A stretch of 64,000 bases of DNA. It comes from Chiloscyllium plagiosum (lineage: Eukaryota). Made by a program: the position numbers and the translations under genes. The notes under the pieces are model-generated. The model was not told where the DNA came from, searched no databases, and saw only the letters and a list, made by a program, of their open reading frames with translations. The stretch spans positions 13,371,549 to 13,435,548 of the forward strand of contig NC_057718.1 of NCBI RefSeq assembly GCF_004010195.1. The letters run 5' to 3'. Positions 23,936 to 37,560 of the stretch are shown piece by piece; positions within the stretch are counted from its first letter, which is position 1, and every line of letters starts with the position of its first letter.

Positions 23936-26900
23936 CTAAGCTAGTTGAATCTAATAATGAAGCAATATGTAAATGGGAAGACATAGCTGAACAATATGGA
24001 TACGGATAAATCAATACGCAACCATATTTATATTGGGTCATTCTTTATCTGATATTCATTTACCACAAATATCTGGGAATGAAACAAAAATCATTGCTAG
24101 CAGCATACACTAATGCCTTTTAATTGACGTAAACCAGAAATAAACTGTATGATGACATTCAGTTCACATGAATGGAAAAGCCTCAGGGATATTCATTGCA
24201 TAATTCTTCCTGTGAAGCAAATTTAGGAAGGCAGATAAACCCTGTAAAGGAGCAATGTAACCATGGCAACTAAAAGTACAAGAGAGAAGAGTTCAGCTTG
24301 TGACTAAAGAGAATAAATCAGAGCCAAATGTACCTCAAGAGACTCAATGAAAACTCCCTCTTCCCTGACAAGGAACGTTCCTGTGATTCCAGAAGGTGTC
24401 CCTAAACACATGTTGTAGAATGTCAAGGTTACAACACAGCAGAAGCCATGTCAATGTCAGGTTATTGCCCGCTCTTAAGTAGCATTGGTCAGGTAATCCC
24501 TGCCTTTTTCCCAGTAGCCCTGCAAGTTTTCCCTTTTTTGAGAACGATCCAATTCCCTTTTGGAAGCCACGGTTGAATCTGCCTCCATCACACTCTCTGA
24601 CAGATCCACTATCTCAGATTGTGTCCGTGGCAAATTCAGTGCTGGCTTATTCTCCTGAAGAAGCTGAAACAACCAGAGGTTTCAGGATAGTCTAACTTTT
24701 ATTTAGGGGCAGCAGATATGGAAATCTTGAGATCTTGATGCATCGGTTTGGAAAATGGACTAATTTAATTCCACAGCATACTAATTGAGACCGTTGAACA
24801 TTTGCAGTCAAGCTTGTATCAGAACTGAAAAGCTAGAGGTAGAAACCTATCAATTTATCTCCCATTTATGAGCGATGTCAGAACCAGGGTAACAGATTAG
24901 GCAAGTGGCTCATAAATCCAAGGGGAAATTCAGGAGAAATCTGTTTGCTCAGAGCAGGGCGAGCATTGCTCCCACAGGAATGGATGAATGAAGCTGGAAA
25001 GCTCGATGAGCACTTTATTTATTCACTCACAGAGTGTGGGCATTGGTGCTAAGCAATTTTTCCCCAAGTCTTGAAAAGATAGTGCATTCCTGGATACAAT
25101 GGAGTGTCTTGCTGGGTCATTTCAGACAGCAGTGACCCCCATTGATATGGAATCTGGAGTCCCATACAGACCAGACCAGGGAAGGACAGCAGACTTCCTG
25201 GCCTAAATGACATTTGTAAGTCGGATTTCTCTTACAATCCGGTGGTTTCAAGATCACCACAACTGACAGCTGTTTTAATTCCAGCCATTCTTTTTAACAA
25301 CATGCACGTGTTTCACCTCAAGGGAGGATCTAATGCTGTTCACAAAGCTGTACTGTGCATCCATCTCAATCACTTTTAGATTGCACACAGGACACCAATG
25401 CCAAATGCTTCAAACAGCACAACACTAGTAAGGGTCAGTTTGGCCATTTTGTTGTGGCTGTTTTTTTTTTCATACAAGTCCCGTCACTCTTACTTCTTAA
25501 CTCTATTTGTTGTAAGTTAAAAATCAGTCTCTCATTTACTTGCCACATCTGGCATTAATCACTTCAATCTGCCATTCGCTGAATAAATCCCAGTGCTGAA
25601 TCTGCCTCTCTAGTTCCCAACCTGTAGTCTACATCAGCCCATACTCTATACCTGGCCTGCAACCAGCTCCAGAGCAAGGCCGAGAAAGAAAATGTAATGT
25701 TTAGCCTGATAATTTACAACCATTCCCCCTCCCCAACCCTGAAACCTTTCCATAAATCATTGGGACACTCTTCTTTCAAGTGCCTTCCAGCATTCCAACA
25801 ATCCAGAAATATGAAAAGATACCACATGGTCAAAACTTGCCGAAAGTAATTGCACACCTCCGCTTCAGTGAAGTCATAGAAATTCCTCAACAGCTTTGTC
25901 CTGCTCAGAGAAATGCTAAATGCACCTTGAGAATGACGCTTGCTGAATCAATGCCAAGGGTTCTGACAGTGCACCTTGTTGCTCTGTGCAGATTATCAGC
26001 CAAAAGCTGGCTTTAGCAATGTCCTTCTCAGCAAATTCCAGTTTTTGGTAAACACCTTTGTGCTTTCTGTACTGTACAGGCGCATTGTCAGCTAAACACA
26101 GAAATACTCTGCAGCCTTAGCTCAAAGTTGCTGAGCCCGGATAATATTTCAGCTGATTGCCTCCAAGTTTTCCTAATACTATGGAGAACCAGCAGTAAGT
26201 GCTGAAGAATCATCTTCTCAACATTAAATGGCCTCAAAATTAAGAGGAACTGCTTTATCACACCTTTTTGAGACATTAATTCCCGAAGGAAAGAAAAGAA
26301 CAATTGCTTCGACATAAATAAAGTGTTTCAGTCCTGAACATGATACTCGAACATTGTTGCTCAGTGCTTTCACCTTTGTTTGCCCACATGTCAGGTTTCT
26401 GGCAACACAGTATTGACTGAAAGTTTCTGGAACACCTGTTACATTGTGATCAATGATGCCCTAAGACCCTCGTTTTGAAGACACGGACTTAGAGGAAACT
26501 CCTGCACAAAGGGATGCAATTCTTTGCAAACACCCGGCAGCAAGGGAAGTACAGTAAACGAGACAGCAATGCTAGTGAGATCAATGCCAAGAACCAATTC
26601 CACCTCCTGGAATCTCCTGCCAAACGTATGGCCTGCCATTCGTCCCAACAGCCAGAGAACCCTTGATCAGTGACACCAAATTTTCCCAATGGACAATCAT
26701 TCTCATTAGCGAGTGATTTCATATTGTAGAGTACAGCAGTCTCTGCCTATATTACACGGTAAACCTCACCCGGGTAAGCAACAGTCCCTCTTGTCATATG
26801 CAATGCAGGCCATTTTAAATAGAATCGCATCAGCGATGTACCTGTCTTTGAGTGTTCAATTTGTGTTCTTTTGACAAGGGATGCAAATTCACATTCCCCT

Positions 26901-27780
26901 TTTCTGGGTTGAAAATCCATTGGCGTAACCTGCAGAATTAGAACTGAGTGTGAAGGTGGGAATCACCTCTCTCATTCCCCACTCCTCATTTCATTGGAAT
27001 TGGGTTTCGAATGTTTTGAAGGATGTTTTTGCCAGTTCTGTCTGCGGGCTTAACCATGACTATAGAGGATTAGCCAGGCAGGCTTCCTTAAGTTTATTAA
27101 GTAAGGGATTTGTTTTATGATAGTGAAATATACCTAGGTAAAACTATTATAAACATATAAATATAAAAATGACAAAAATACATTCTGACTTCCACAAAAG
27201 CTACACTTCAATCACTAGCAGAAATTCGAATAACTAAATATCGGAGGATGGAATTATCAAGTTACAGTCCATAAGTAAAAGGGATATCTGGTCAGTGGTG
27301 ATATGAGTTTACCAACAACAGGATGTTTTACCTGATGCAGCAATGCTTTTGTTAGCTCTCATCACATACCAGACTGAATGCTAATATTGTTGTATAGAAA
27401 AATCTAACAGATAGTTATTGCAACTAACTATTGTGAATAAGCATTACGTTCTCCAGGCACATAAACATCCAGGCTAATATCGAGACATTGGGTAAAAACA
27501 GAGGAGCATCCTTCCAGTAGAGAGTCATGAAATCATAGAGTCAAACAGCACGGAAAGAGATCCTTTGGTCCATGCTGACCAAGTTTCTCAGACTAAACTA
27601 GTCCCACTTGCCTGCATTTGGTCCATATCCTTCTAACTCTCTTCTATTCATGTACTTATCCAAATATAGCTTTAACCACATCTACCGCTTCCTCTGGCAG
27701 CTCATTCCACATACAAATCATCATGTTGCCTGTCAGGTCCCTTTTAAATCTTTCTCCTCTCACCTTTTAAAAAAAAACAG

Positions 27781-28000
27781 GGAGACAGTGAGTTCTGCAG
27801 ATGCTGGAGATCAGAGTTGAGAGTATGTTGCTGGAAAAGCACAGCAGGTCAGGCAGCATCCCAGGAGCAGGAAAATCGATGATTCAGGCCGGAGCCCTTC
27901 ATTAGGAATTTCCTGTTGAAGGGCTCCGACCCAAGTTGTCGAATTTCCTGCTCCTCGGATGCTGCCTGACCTGCTGTGCTTTTCCAGCAACACACTCGCA
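27781..28000. mobile_element. Palindromic PLE-derived insertion
   Basis: Arms fold back about 'aggaatttcct' (~27905-27913); decayed hammerhead on each strand. Confidence 0.8.
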
Positions 28001-29623
28001 ACTTTAGAAAAACACCCCAGTTTGAACGCTCTGTCCCTATGGAAAAAGCTTTTGCTGTTCACCTTATCTATGCCCCTCATGATTTTATAAACTTCTATAA
28101 GGTCATCTCTCAACCTCTTACACTCCAGTGAAAAAAGTCCCAGTCTATCCAGCCTCTCCTTATAACTCAAATCCTCCAGTCCTGCAACAACTTGGTCAAT
28201 CTTTTCTGAATTATCTCCAATTTAGTAATATGCTTCCTATAGCAGGGCAACCAGAACTGTACACAGTACTCCAAAAGTGGCATCACCAATGTCTCTTACA
28301 ACCTCAACATGATTTGCCAACTCCTATACTCAAAGATCTGAGCAATGAAGGCAATCATGCAAGATGCCGTCATAGTTACCCTGACTACCTGTGATGCAAC
28401 TTGCAAAGAACTATAAAACTGAACCCCTAGGTTTCACTGTTGTACAACACTCCTCAGGGATCTACTATTAATTGTATAAATCCTGTCCTTGTTTGTTTTA
28501 TCAAAATGCAAGATGTCAAATTTATCCAAATTAAGCTCCATCTGCCACTCCTCAGCCCATTGGCCCAATTGCTTAAGATCTCTTTGTAATCTTCTTCACT
28601 GTCGACTAGACCACCAATTTTGGTGTCATCTGCAAACTTACTAACCATACTTCCTAAATTCTCATCCAAGCTGTTTAGATAAATGACAAACAACAGTGGA
28701 CCCAGCACTGATCCTTGGAGAACAGCACTGGTCACAGGCCTCCGGTCTGAAAAACAACCCTCCACCACCACTCCCTGTCTCCTCCTGTCAAGCCAATTTT
28801 GTATTCAATTGCCAAGCTCTCCCTGAATCCTTTGTAATCTATCTTTACCAACTAGTCTACCATGTGGAACCTTGTCAAAGGTGTTACTAACATCCATATA
28901 AACAAACATCTACCACTGCCCTGATCAATCTTCTTTGTAACTTCTTCAAAATACTCAATCACATTTGTGATACATGATTTCCCATGCACAAAACTATGTT
29001 AATTATCCCTAATCAGTCCTTGCCTCTCCAAATGCATGTAGATCCTTATTTCTCAGAATCACCTCCAGCAACTTACCTGTCACTAATGTCAGACTCAAAG
29101 GCCTATAGTTCCCAAGTGTCTCTTTACAGCCTTTCTTAAATAATGGATGCAGATTAAGCACATTTCTGTGATGGATGGCACAATTTCTTCTCTAACTTCC
29201 TGCAACGTCCTGGGATACATTTGATCAGGCCCATATTGATGTTTTTTAAGATCTCCAGCATCTCATCTTGTGTATTGTGTGGACTGTTTTTAAGACATCA
29301 ATATCTGTTTCCTTGCATTCCCTAGCCTCCATTTCTTTTTCCACAGTAAAAATTCTCATGAAATATTTGTTTAGTATCTCTCCCAACTTCAGTGGTTCCA
29401 CACATAAATGACCTTGCTGTTCTTTAAGGGACCCTATTCCCTCCCTAGTTGATGTTTTGCTCTTAATGTATTTATAGAATATCTTCAGATTATCCTTATC
29501 TGCCAAGGCTATCTCATATCCCCTTTTTGCCCTCCTGATTTCCCTATTAAAAATGCCCCTACACCTCTTCTACTCTTAATCCCAGGTGATACACTTGATC
29601 CCAGTTGTCTATATCTAATATAT

Positions 29624-29785
29624 AGGCAAAAGTGAGGACTGCAGATGCTGGAAATCAGAGTTTATATCAGAGTGGTGCAGGAAAAGCACAGCAGGTCAGG
29701 CAGCATCTGAGGAGCAGGAAAATCGATATTTCGGGCAAAAGCCCTTCCTGATGAAGGGCTTTTGCCCAAAACGTCGATTTTCCTA
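29624..29785. mobile_element. PLE-derived hammerhead insertion with 15-bp TSD
   Basis: ctatatctaatatat at 29609-29623 and 29786-29800. CTGATGA-A-GGGC-TTTT-GCCC-aAAA-CG-TC at 29748-29775, with the G of GAAA mutated. Confidence 0.88.
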
Positions 29786-30525
29786 CTATATCTAATATAT
29801 GCCTCCTTCTTATTTTTGACTAGAACCTCAAGATCTTTATTTATCCATTATTCCCTACTCTTTCCAGCCTTACCCTTCACTCTAAACTAATTCTGCCTCT
29901 GAACTGCCATTATTACACTTGTGAAAGCCTCTCATTTGTCAGTCAATACTTTAGCTGCGAACAGTCTACTCCAATCAACTTTTGAAAGTTCCTGTCTCAT
30001 GCCATTAAAATTTGCCTTACTCCAATTAAGTACTTTAACTCTTATGGAAAGTTTATTCTTATTCATAACTATTTTAAAACTAATAGACTTATGATCACTA
30101 TTCCCAAAGAGTTTCAGCCACTTGCCCTCCCTTATTTCCCAAGAGAAGGTCAAGTCTCGCTCTTTCTCCAGTAAGTACATTCACAAATTGATAGAGAAAA
30201 TTTTCTTGAACACGTTCAACAAACTTCTCTCCATCTAAGCCCTAACCCTATGGCAGTTGCAGTCAATGTTCGGAAAATTAAAATCCCATACAATTACAAC
30301 CCTATTAAGGTGCCATGGTCGAGGACATCTCAAAACGGTTGAAGCATATTGTCAAAGGGAAGAGTGAGAAGCCAGAAGTTGTTGTACACAACTTTCCTCC
30401 TTAAATTTACTCAATGTCCCAGCATCCATAGCACTCTGGGGTTGTGAATTCCACCGACTCGTGACTCTTTGAGTTATTTCTCCTCATTTCTGTTTTAAAT
30501 TTGCTACTCCATATCCTTAATCTAT

Positions 30526-30691
30526 AGTCACAGTCTTTAGGACCATTGTTCCTTCGTCAAGTGATGTCCGATCCTGACAAAACAGCAGCGCTCCGGAAGC
30601 TTGTAATTTTAAATAAACCTGCTGGAGTACAGCCTGTGTCATGTGACTTCTGACTTTGTCCACCCCAGTCCAACACCGGCATCTCCACATC
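30526..30691 (+). mobile_element. Second-family PLE-derived terminal insertion with 13-bp TSD, inside a CR1 3' fragment (30400-30815, minus)
   Basis: atccttaat(c/t)tat at 30513-30525 and 30692-30704. Decayed 'ctgacaaaacagcagcgctccggaagctt' hammerhead-like motif and a partial inverted copy upstream. Confidence 0.65.
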
Positions 30692-32719
30692 ATCCTTAAT
30701 TTATGACCACTCATTCTAGATTGTACCACATGAGGGAACATCCACTCTACATCCACTTTGTCAATCTGCTTTAGCATCTTAAATACCTCAAATCGATTTC
30801 CTTTCATTCTTCCAAATGAACAAGGGATGACCTACACAACATTCACACAGGGCATGTAGCATAAGGATACACACAAATAGGTCAAATAGGAACTCTGTGA
30901 GCACCCGTATACAAATATAATTGTGATTTTTAATCACCTTGATATTAACCAGTGAGGATTAGAGCCTGGAAGTTAGTAATTTAAAAACCAATCATAAGGG
31001 CATGTGGTACTGGACAGTGAACTAACTGCTTGGACTGAATGGTCTGTTTCTGTGTTGTATGACTCTAATTGAAAACCAGGCCACACTGGACAAATTCATG
31101 ACCACCTTAGTTTTGAAGTATGCTCCCAACCCTTACTAATTGTCTGCAGGGCATAACCACATTGCCTTATCACTTGACCTTACTGCTAATTTTGATTATA
31201 AATGTGGGGTTCACTGCAGCATAGCTGTAATTCTAACATCAAACAGCAAATATTGGACAAAAAGGCGAGTTGGCTACTCTGATGACCAAGTGTGAGATAG
31301 TGAGTAATGAAAGAGCTTTCAGTGGAATTATAGTTTCATGGATTCTATATCTATTTTATATTCTAAGATACTCTGAGCAGTAAAATTGAGTTAATCTCCA
31401 TTGGAGGATTTGCCAGTAATTCATCCCTTGTATGTTCTGCTGTCAAAGTTTGTGATTGGCCGTGGTGCTGTACCAATGTGACCCTTCATCAAGTCCTTTC
31501 ATTGCAAATACTCAGCAACCTGCTAACATATTGTTACTATTCATTCGAAAATACTTTTGGCAACTGAACAATTCAAAGAAATTTTAACCAGCTGAGCAGA
31601 GTATGAGAGGCCCATGCAAACAATGAAAAAAATCACTAGTTTGACTATCATTCAGTTTTGGGTAAAGGCCACAGACTGAAAATGTTTGATTACTATCTGA
31701 TTTAAAGCCAGCAACATTAGGTTTCATAAGTTTGATATTCATTTCACTTAATATAGATTTGAGAACCAGTTGTGATGATTAACCTTGGTAAAATAGCTCT
31801 GAATTAATAAACAATGATAACCAAGTGCATAGTCTAATCCAGTGTGGATTACTACAACCCGGTAATTAATTCTTATTCACAAAAGCTCTTCTGTATCTTG
31901 ATGTTGAAGGTGATTCAAGAATTAATACAAATCTGTTACAACACTGACCAAATGGTTACATCATTTGCTCTGGAATGTCCCAAAGTTGTGAAAGGTACTT
32001 CTTTCATTTATTAGTCAAAGCCATCTCTCTCTGTTGGAGTGAGAGAGAGTGAGACAAGACAAACATGAAGGGCACTACTCTGTATCAAGTGTGGCTGACT
32101 AGGAATCTCTGTTTGTGCAGGTGTACTGGATGGATTAGCGGGTTGATTATCATATCAGGCACACTAGTGAAAGACGCTATATAAATGCAAACCTTTTTAA
32201 TCTTATATTGATTCTGGTAAATCGATTACTGCAATTGAGCTAATCGTTAGCTGGGTTCATGTACTCTGTGCAGTTGTCAATGCTGAAAAGACTGGCTATC
32301 AGTCATATGAAAGTGGTTACAAAAGTAATGAAAGGAAAGGTAACTGTCTTTGTCTTGCATGTGCCCTTCTGTGCTTGGATGCAAGAATTAACATGGGCTT
32401 TAGTGAAGCAAGCAATTACATTTGATGTAAAAATTAACAAGAGTAATTGGTGTTCATTCAATTTTGAATAGCTCCTGCAACATATGTGCATATGGCACAG
32501 AAGGCAGGTGTACCTTAATCCAGAGAAACACGACTGAATTATTGAGCACTTTTTATGACCTCAGGATGTCTTTAAGAGTTTTACAGTGAATGAAGAGTCT
32601 TTGAAGCATCGTCTCTCTTTTAAAGTAGGAACCATAATGTCCAGCAACTCCACAAGCAGCAGTGTGGTGGTGTTAAATAATCTGCTCTAGTAATACTGAC
32701 TGAAAGGCAAACATTGGCA

Positions 32720-33078
32720 GAGGGTTGGGTAGCTCAGTTAGCTGAGAGAAAGTGAGGACTGCAGATGTTGGAGAGTCAGAGTCGAAAAGTTTGGCTCTGG
32801 AAAATCATAGCAGGTCAGGCAGTGTCTGAGGAGCAGGAGAGTTGACGTTTTAGGACATAAGCCCTTCATCCAGTTAGCTGGAAGGATGGTTTGATTGCAG
32901 TGTAACATCAACAGTATAGGCTCGATTCCCACAGTGGTTGAGGTTACCAAAAAAGGCCTCACATTCTAAATCTCACCTGGTCTGTGCTGAACCTCAACTT
33001 AACTCACCACAACAATTATCTATCTCTAATGAGAGAGCAGCCTAATGGCCAGTGGGACTATGGTGACTTTACTTTCTT
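32720..33078 (+). mobile_element. LF-SINE-like SINE nested in a Deu-domain SINE (32540-33300, minus)
   Basis: tRNA-like head 'tagctcagttagctgg...ggctcgattccc', tail 'gactttactttc'. The host SINE resumes at 'ggccaggacacc'. Confidence 0.65.
32745..32870 (-). mobile_element. 126-bp PLE-derived insertion with 10-bp TSD
   Basis: cagttagctg at 32735-32744 and 32871-32880; the insert stops within the CUGAUGA box of the hammerhead. Confidence 0.85.
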
Positions 33079-33479
33079 TGGCCAGGACACCAGCAAAAAC
33101 TCCATGCACCTCTTGGAGATGGGATAGAAAACATCGCCAGAAAAGGCCAATAGTGCCACAGCATACACATCTCATCTGAAAGACAGTACCTCTGACAGTG
33201 CAGCACCCCCTCAGTCCTGCATCTTGGACAGCATCTTAGCGTTTACTCCTCAAGATTCTGCAGGGGATTCTGAACCCACAACCTTCTGACTTGTTGGGGG
33301 AGAGGTTGTGGCAGCATGAGTCTGCTACCCACAGCAGGAAGGATAGTCAAAGGAAAAGATGGGTAGCATGGGGCCACTGATGGGCTTGGAGGTGACAAAT
33401 GAAGATTTTAAATTCATTGCATGGGGGAATCAGGAGATCAATAATGTGAGGGAGCAACTGTGCAGGACAGGAAATGGAG

Positions 33480-33687
33480 CAAAACCAGAAATGGCTGGAA
33501 AAGCTCAGCAGATCTGGCAGCATCTGTGGAGAGAAATCAGAGTTAGAAATTAGAACTGAGGAAGGGTCACTCGACCCGAAACATTAACTCTGATTTCTCT
33601 CCACAGATGCTGCCAGACCTGCTGAGCTTTCCCAGCAATTTCTGGTTTTGTTTCTGATTTGCAGCATCAGCCGTTCTTTTGGTTGTT
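33480..33687. mobile_element. Fold-back PLE-derived element with hammerhead core
   Basis: Inverted arms; CTGAGGA-A-GGGTC-ACTC-GACCC-GAAA-CA-TT at 33556-33585. Confidence 0.8.
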
Positions 33688-33744
33688 ACAGGGAACGAGG
33701 CGGCTGAGTTTGTGTGCAAGATAAAAGGAGACATGACATGAGTC

Positions 33745-34090
33745 GCATAGAATCATGGAATCCCTGCAGTGCGGAAGCAGGCCATTCAGCCCACTGAATT
33801 CACACTGACCCTCTGGAACACATCCAACCCAGAACCACCCCACTCTGCTATTCCTGTAACCCCGCATTTACCATGGCCAATCCACCTAACCTGCACACCC
33901 CTGGACACTATGGGATAATTTAGCACGGCCAATCCACCTAACCTGCACACCCCTGAAGACTATGGGATAATTTAGCACGGCCAATCCACCTAACCTACAC
34001 ATCTTTGGACAATGCGAGGAAAATGGAGCACCCAGAGAAAACCCACACAAACATGGGGAGAATGTGCAAACTTCACGCAGACAGTCTCAG
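33745..34090 (-). mobile_element. V-SINE-like SINE with internal 52-bp tandem expansion
   Basis: Unit ggccaatccacctaacctgcacacccctggacactatgggataatttagcac starts at 33875, 33927 and (partial) 33979. Confidence 0.85.
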
Positions 34091-34914
34091 CTCTCATTAT
34101 TTTTGACAGTTAATTCTGGGCCATCTCTGCATCTCATATCATCCAACAAAGAATGTTACTGTCTTCAGATTAACTCAGCCTTTATAAATAATAGATAGAT
34201 CTGCTCTGGCAATTATCAAACAACAACCATTGCTTCTAATCATTAGCTTCTGTTCAGGACTTCCAGCTGTGAGCTTTGAAAACTGAGCTAGGATGGCCAA
34301 TCAGTAAATCACAAAGGCTGCAGTCTGACTATCTGTAATTGTGTCGCCCATAAAGAATTCCTCACAGATCTATTTATCTAGCTCAAAAGGAGAATTTCAC
34401 ACTCTCTGTCTTGATGCGTCTGTGTTCTAGCAAAATAATTAGATTCTTTCCTAGCTTCAGGGCTGACAGAAATAGCCTCCCAAAGTCTGTGACATAGACC
34501 CACACATTACTCTGTGGCACTGCAGTTAGCAGCTGGGAGTATAAACATGGATTACTCAGATAAAGCAATATTCCTCAAATATTCCAAAAGTGCATTGGAA
34601 GAGCGTAGAAAAATAAATTGAAATAGAATAAAATGGAAGTGGTACATATGAAATTTGATGCATGAATACACTGCTGTCACAACATTGATTAGCAGTGACT
34701 ATTTCAGAACTCTATCCAAGGCCTCCTCATTGGCCTCTTCATTCTAACTTAAGTTTTCATTTAATCTTGCCTTCACCTTTTCCTACCAACACTCTTGCCC
34801 TCCTTTACCTTTCCCAAGCTTCACTCTTGTCCACATGAGCTCCCTCAGCCTTCGTCATGATTCACCATGTTCCAGTTTGCCGATGAGCTCTATGACTCAC
34901 CATTTGCTGACATC

Positions 34915-35225
34915 TAATTAGATTAGATTCCTTACAGTATGGAAACACACCCTTTGGCCCAACAATTCCACACTGACCCTCTGAAAAGTTACCACCCAGA
35001 CCCATTCCCCCACCCTATATTTACCCCTGACTAATGTATCTAATCTACACATCCCTGAACACTATGGGCAATTTAGCATGACCGATCCATCTGACCTGCA
35101 CATCTTTGGAATGTGGGAGGAAACCGGAGCACCCAGAGGAAACCCGCACAGACAGTCGCCCGAGGCTAGAATCGAACCTGGGTCTCTGGTGCTGTGAGGC
35201 AGCAGGGCTAACCACTGAGCCACCA
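34915..35225 (-). mobile_element. V-SINE-like SINE
   Basis: Head, core and (gatta)n tail. Confidence 0.85.
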
Positions 35226-35414
35226 CCCCTCCAATCTCCAGGATGTTCCTAATGCTGACTCCCAATTGTCGTTCTCTGATCTTAGAAAAGTAAACTGTGA
35301 ATTCTCACTATAGAGCTCTCTAGAACCTGGACCTGCACTGAATGCAGCCAGGAGTTTTTTCTTCATTTTCTCTAATCTCCTGTAGGTTCAACACTTCAGG
35401 ACATACACTGCAGC

Positions 35415-35712
35415 AGACTTAGAACAAAGAGAACAAAGAAAAGTTACAGCCTAGGAACAGGCCCTTCGGCCTTCCTAGCCTGAGCCGATCCAAATCTACT
35501 GTCTAAGCCTGTCGCCCAATTCCTAAGGATCTGTATCCCTCTGCTCCCCACATACTCCAGACGCATCTTAAATGAATATACCATGCCTGCCTCTACCAGC
35601 TCTGCTAGCAATGCGTTCCAGACACCCACCACCCTCTGTGTGAAGTACTTGCCACGTGAATCCCCCTTAAACTTTTCACCTTTCACCTTGAAAGCGTGAC
35701 CTCTCATCATTG
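35415..35712 (-). mobile_element. CR1 3' end
   Basis: RGHAFKV...YFTQRVVGVWNAL; (agaacaa)n tail. Confidence 0.85.
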
Positions 35713-36216
35713 AATTACTATTTACTCTGGCTTGGCACTGGTGTCTCTGGTTAGATCAGCCCACCACTCCATCTCCCAAACCAACATCACTAACAGTTTC
35801 AAATCTTCACGTGGCCAAAATAACTTGTCCACAGTAAAGCAGCTCTTCAAATCAAACCCACCCTCACCTCAGTCAGGATTTGAGAAGCTCACAGAATGGA
35901 GGATATCCTGTGAGACATTCATATTCCACTGTTAGAGCCTGGCGATAGAATCTTCTTCACATTGTAACAAGTTTGAATTTGGATTCTATAGCATGCAAGT
36001 GTGGAGGAGACAGTCTCAGTTTTGGTGTTCAGGAGGAGATTATATGATTATTTAAACAAAAATAATGTCCAGGATCACAGGGAAAGGGCCAGAGAACGGC
36101 ACAAATTCATGATGCGCATTTGGAGAGATAATACAACATGGTGGGCCACATGACTGCCTACTGCACTGTAACAATTCTGTGATTCTCTCAAAGGGGCTGT
36201 TCAGCCCTACAAGACT

Positions 36217-36510
36217 AGGAGAAAGTGAGAACTGCAGATGCTAGAGATCAGAGTCAATAACGTGGTGCTGGAAAAGCACAGCTGGTCAGGCAGCATCTGA
36301 GGAGCAGAAGAATTGATGTTTCAGGTATAAGCCCTTCATCAGGAATGAGACTTGTGGGCCAGGGGTCTGAGAGATAAATAGATAAACCCCTCCCATTTAT
36401 CTCTCAGCCTCCGGCCCACAAGCCTCATTCCTGATGAAGGGCTTATGCCTGAAACGTCAATTCTCCTTCTCCTTGGATGCCGGCCGACCAGCTGTGCTTT
36501 TCCAGCACCA
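36217..36510. mobile_element. Palindromic PLE-derived insertion with 15-bp TSD
   Basis: cagcc(c/a)tacaagact at 36202-36216 and 36511-36525. Plus-strand hammerhead core CTGATGA-A-GGGC-TTAT-GCCT-GAAA-CG-TC at 36431-36458. Confidence 0.88.
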
Positions 36511-36639
36511 CAGCCATACAAGACTGTTTTATTAAGAAAAACAGAAATTGCTGGAGAAACTCAGCAGGTCAGGCAGCCTCTGTGGAGAGAACGCAGAGTT
36601 AACATATCGAGTTCAGTCCCTTCTTCAGAAGACTTTTTT

Positions 36640-37560
36640 TTAACATGCATTAATGGGATGTGGACGTCACTGGCTGGGCCAGCATTTATTGCCCATCGCT
36701 AGTGGCCCTTGAGAATGTGCTGGTGAGCTGACACTTTGAACTGCTGCAGCCCAGTTGGTATAGGTAGACCCACAATGCTGTAAGGAAGAGAATTCCTGGA
36801 TTTTGACCCAGCAAATGGAAAGGAATGGTGAGATGTTTCCAAGTCAGGATGGTGAATGGTTTGGAGGGGAACCTACTGGTGGTAGCACTCCCATACAACG
36901 GCTATTTGGTGAATTTCTGCAATGCATCTTTAAGATAGCATGCACTGCTGCTACTGTATGTCGGTCGTGGAGTTAACAAAGACTTGTGGATGTGGTGTCA
37001 AGTAAGTCGGTTCTTTCATGCTGGATAATGTCAAGCTTCTTGGGTGTTGTTGGAACTGCACTCATCCAGGCAAGGGGGGAATATTCCATCACACTCCTGA
37101 CTTGTGTCTTCTAGATGGTGAACAGGTTTTGAAGAGTCAAGGGGTGAGTTACTTGCTGCAGTATTCCTAGCCTCTGACCTGCTCTTGTAGCCACTGTGTT
37201 TATATAATTAGGCTAGTTTAGTTCCTGTTCAAATGTAACTTCCCCCTAAATGTTCATTGTGGGGGATTCAGTGATTGGAACACCAGTGAATGTCAATGGG
37301 AGGTAGTTAGATTTTTGTTGAGATCATCATTGCCTAGCAAACATTCCAACTCACCAGCCTAAACCTGGATATTGTTCAAGTCTTGCTGCATTTGGACATT
37401 GACTGCTTCAGTATGTGATCTGTCACGAATGGTGCTGAACATTGCGATATCATCAGCAAAGATCCTCATTTCTGACCTTAAGAGAGGGGGAGGGTCATTG
37501 ACGAAGCAGCTGAAGGTGGTTGGGCCTAGGACACTATCCCAAGGAACTCTCTGCACAGTT
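36640..37560 (-). mobile_element. CR1/L2-type LINE RT 3' portion
   Basis: VPWDSVLGP...IFADD in ORF 37359-37556; 3' tail shared with 2880-3260. Confidence 0.75.

Larger units (their letters stand above)
27520..30305 (-). mobile_element. CR1 LINE (APE-RT) with two nested PLE-derived insertions
   Basis: ORF fragments SDHKSISF, LQGSVLGPLLF, KFADDTKIG, LGLFSLEC; CR1 3' UTR at 27520-27700. Confidence 0.9.
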
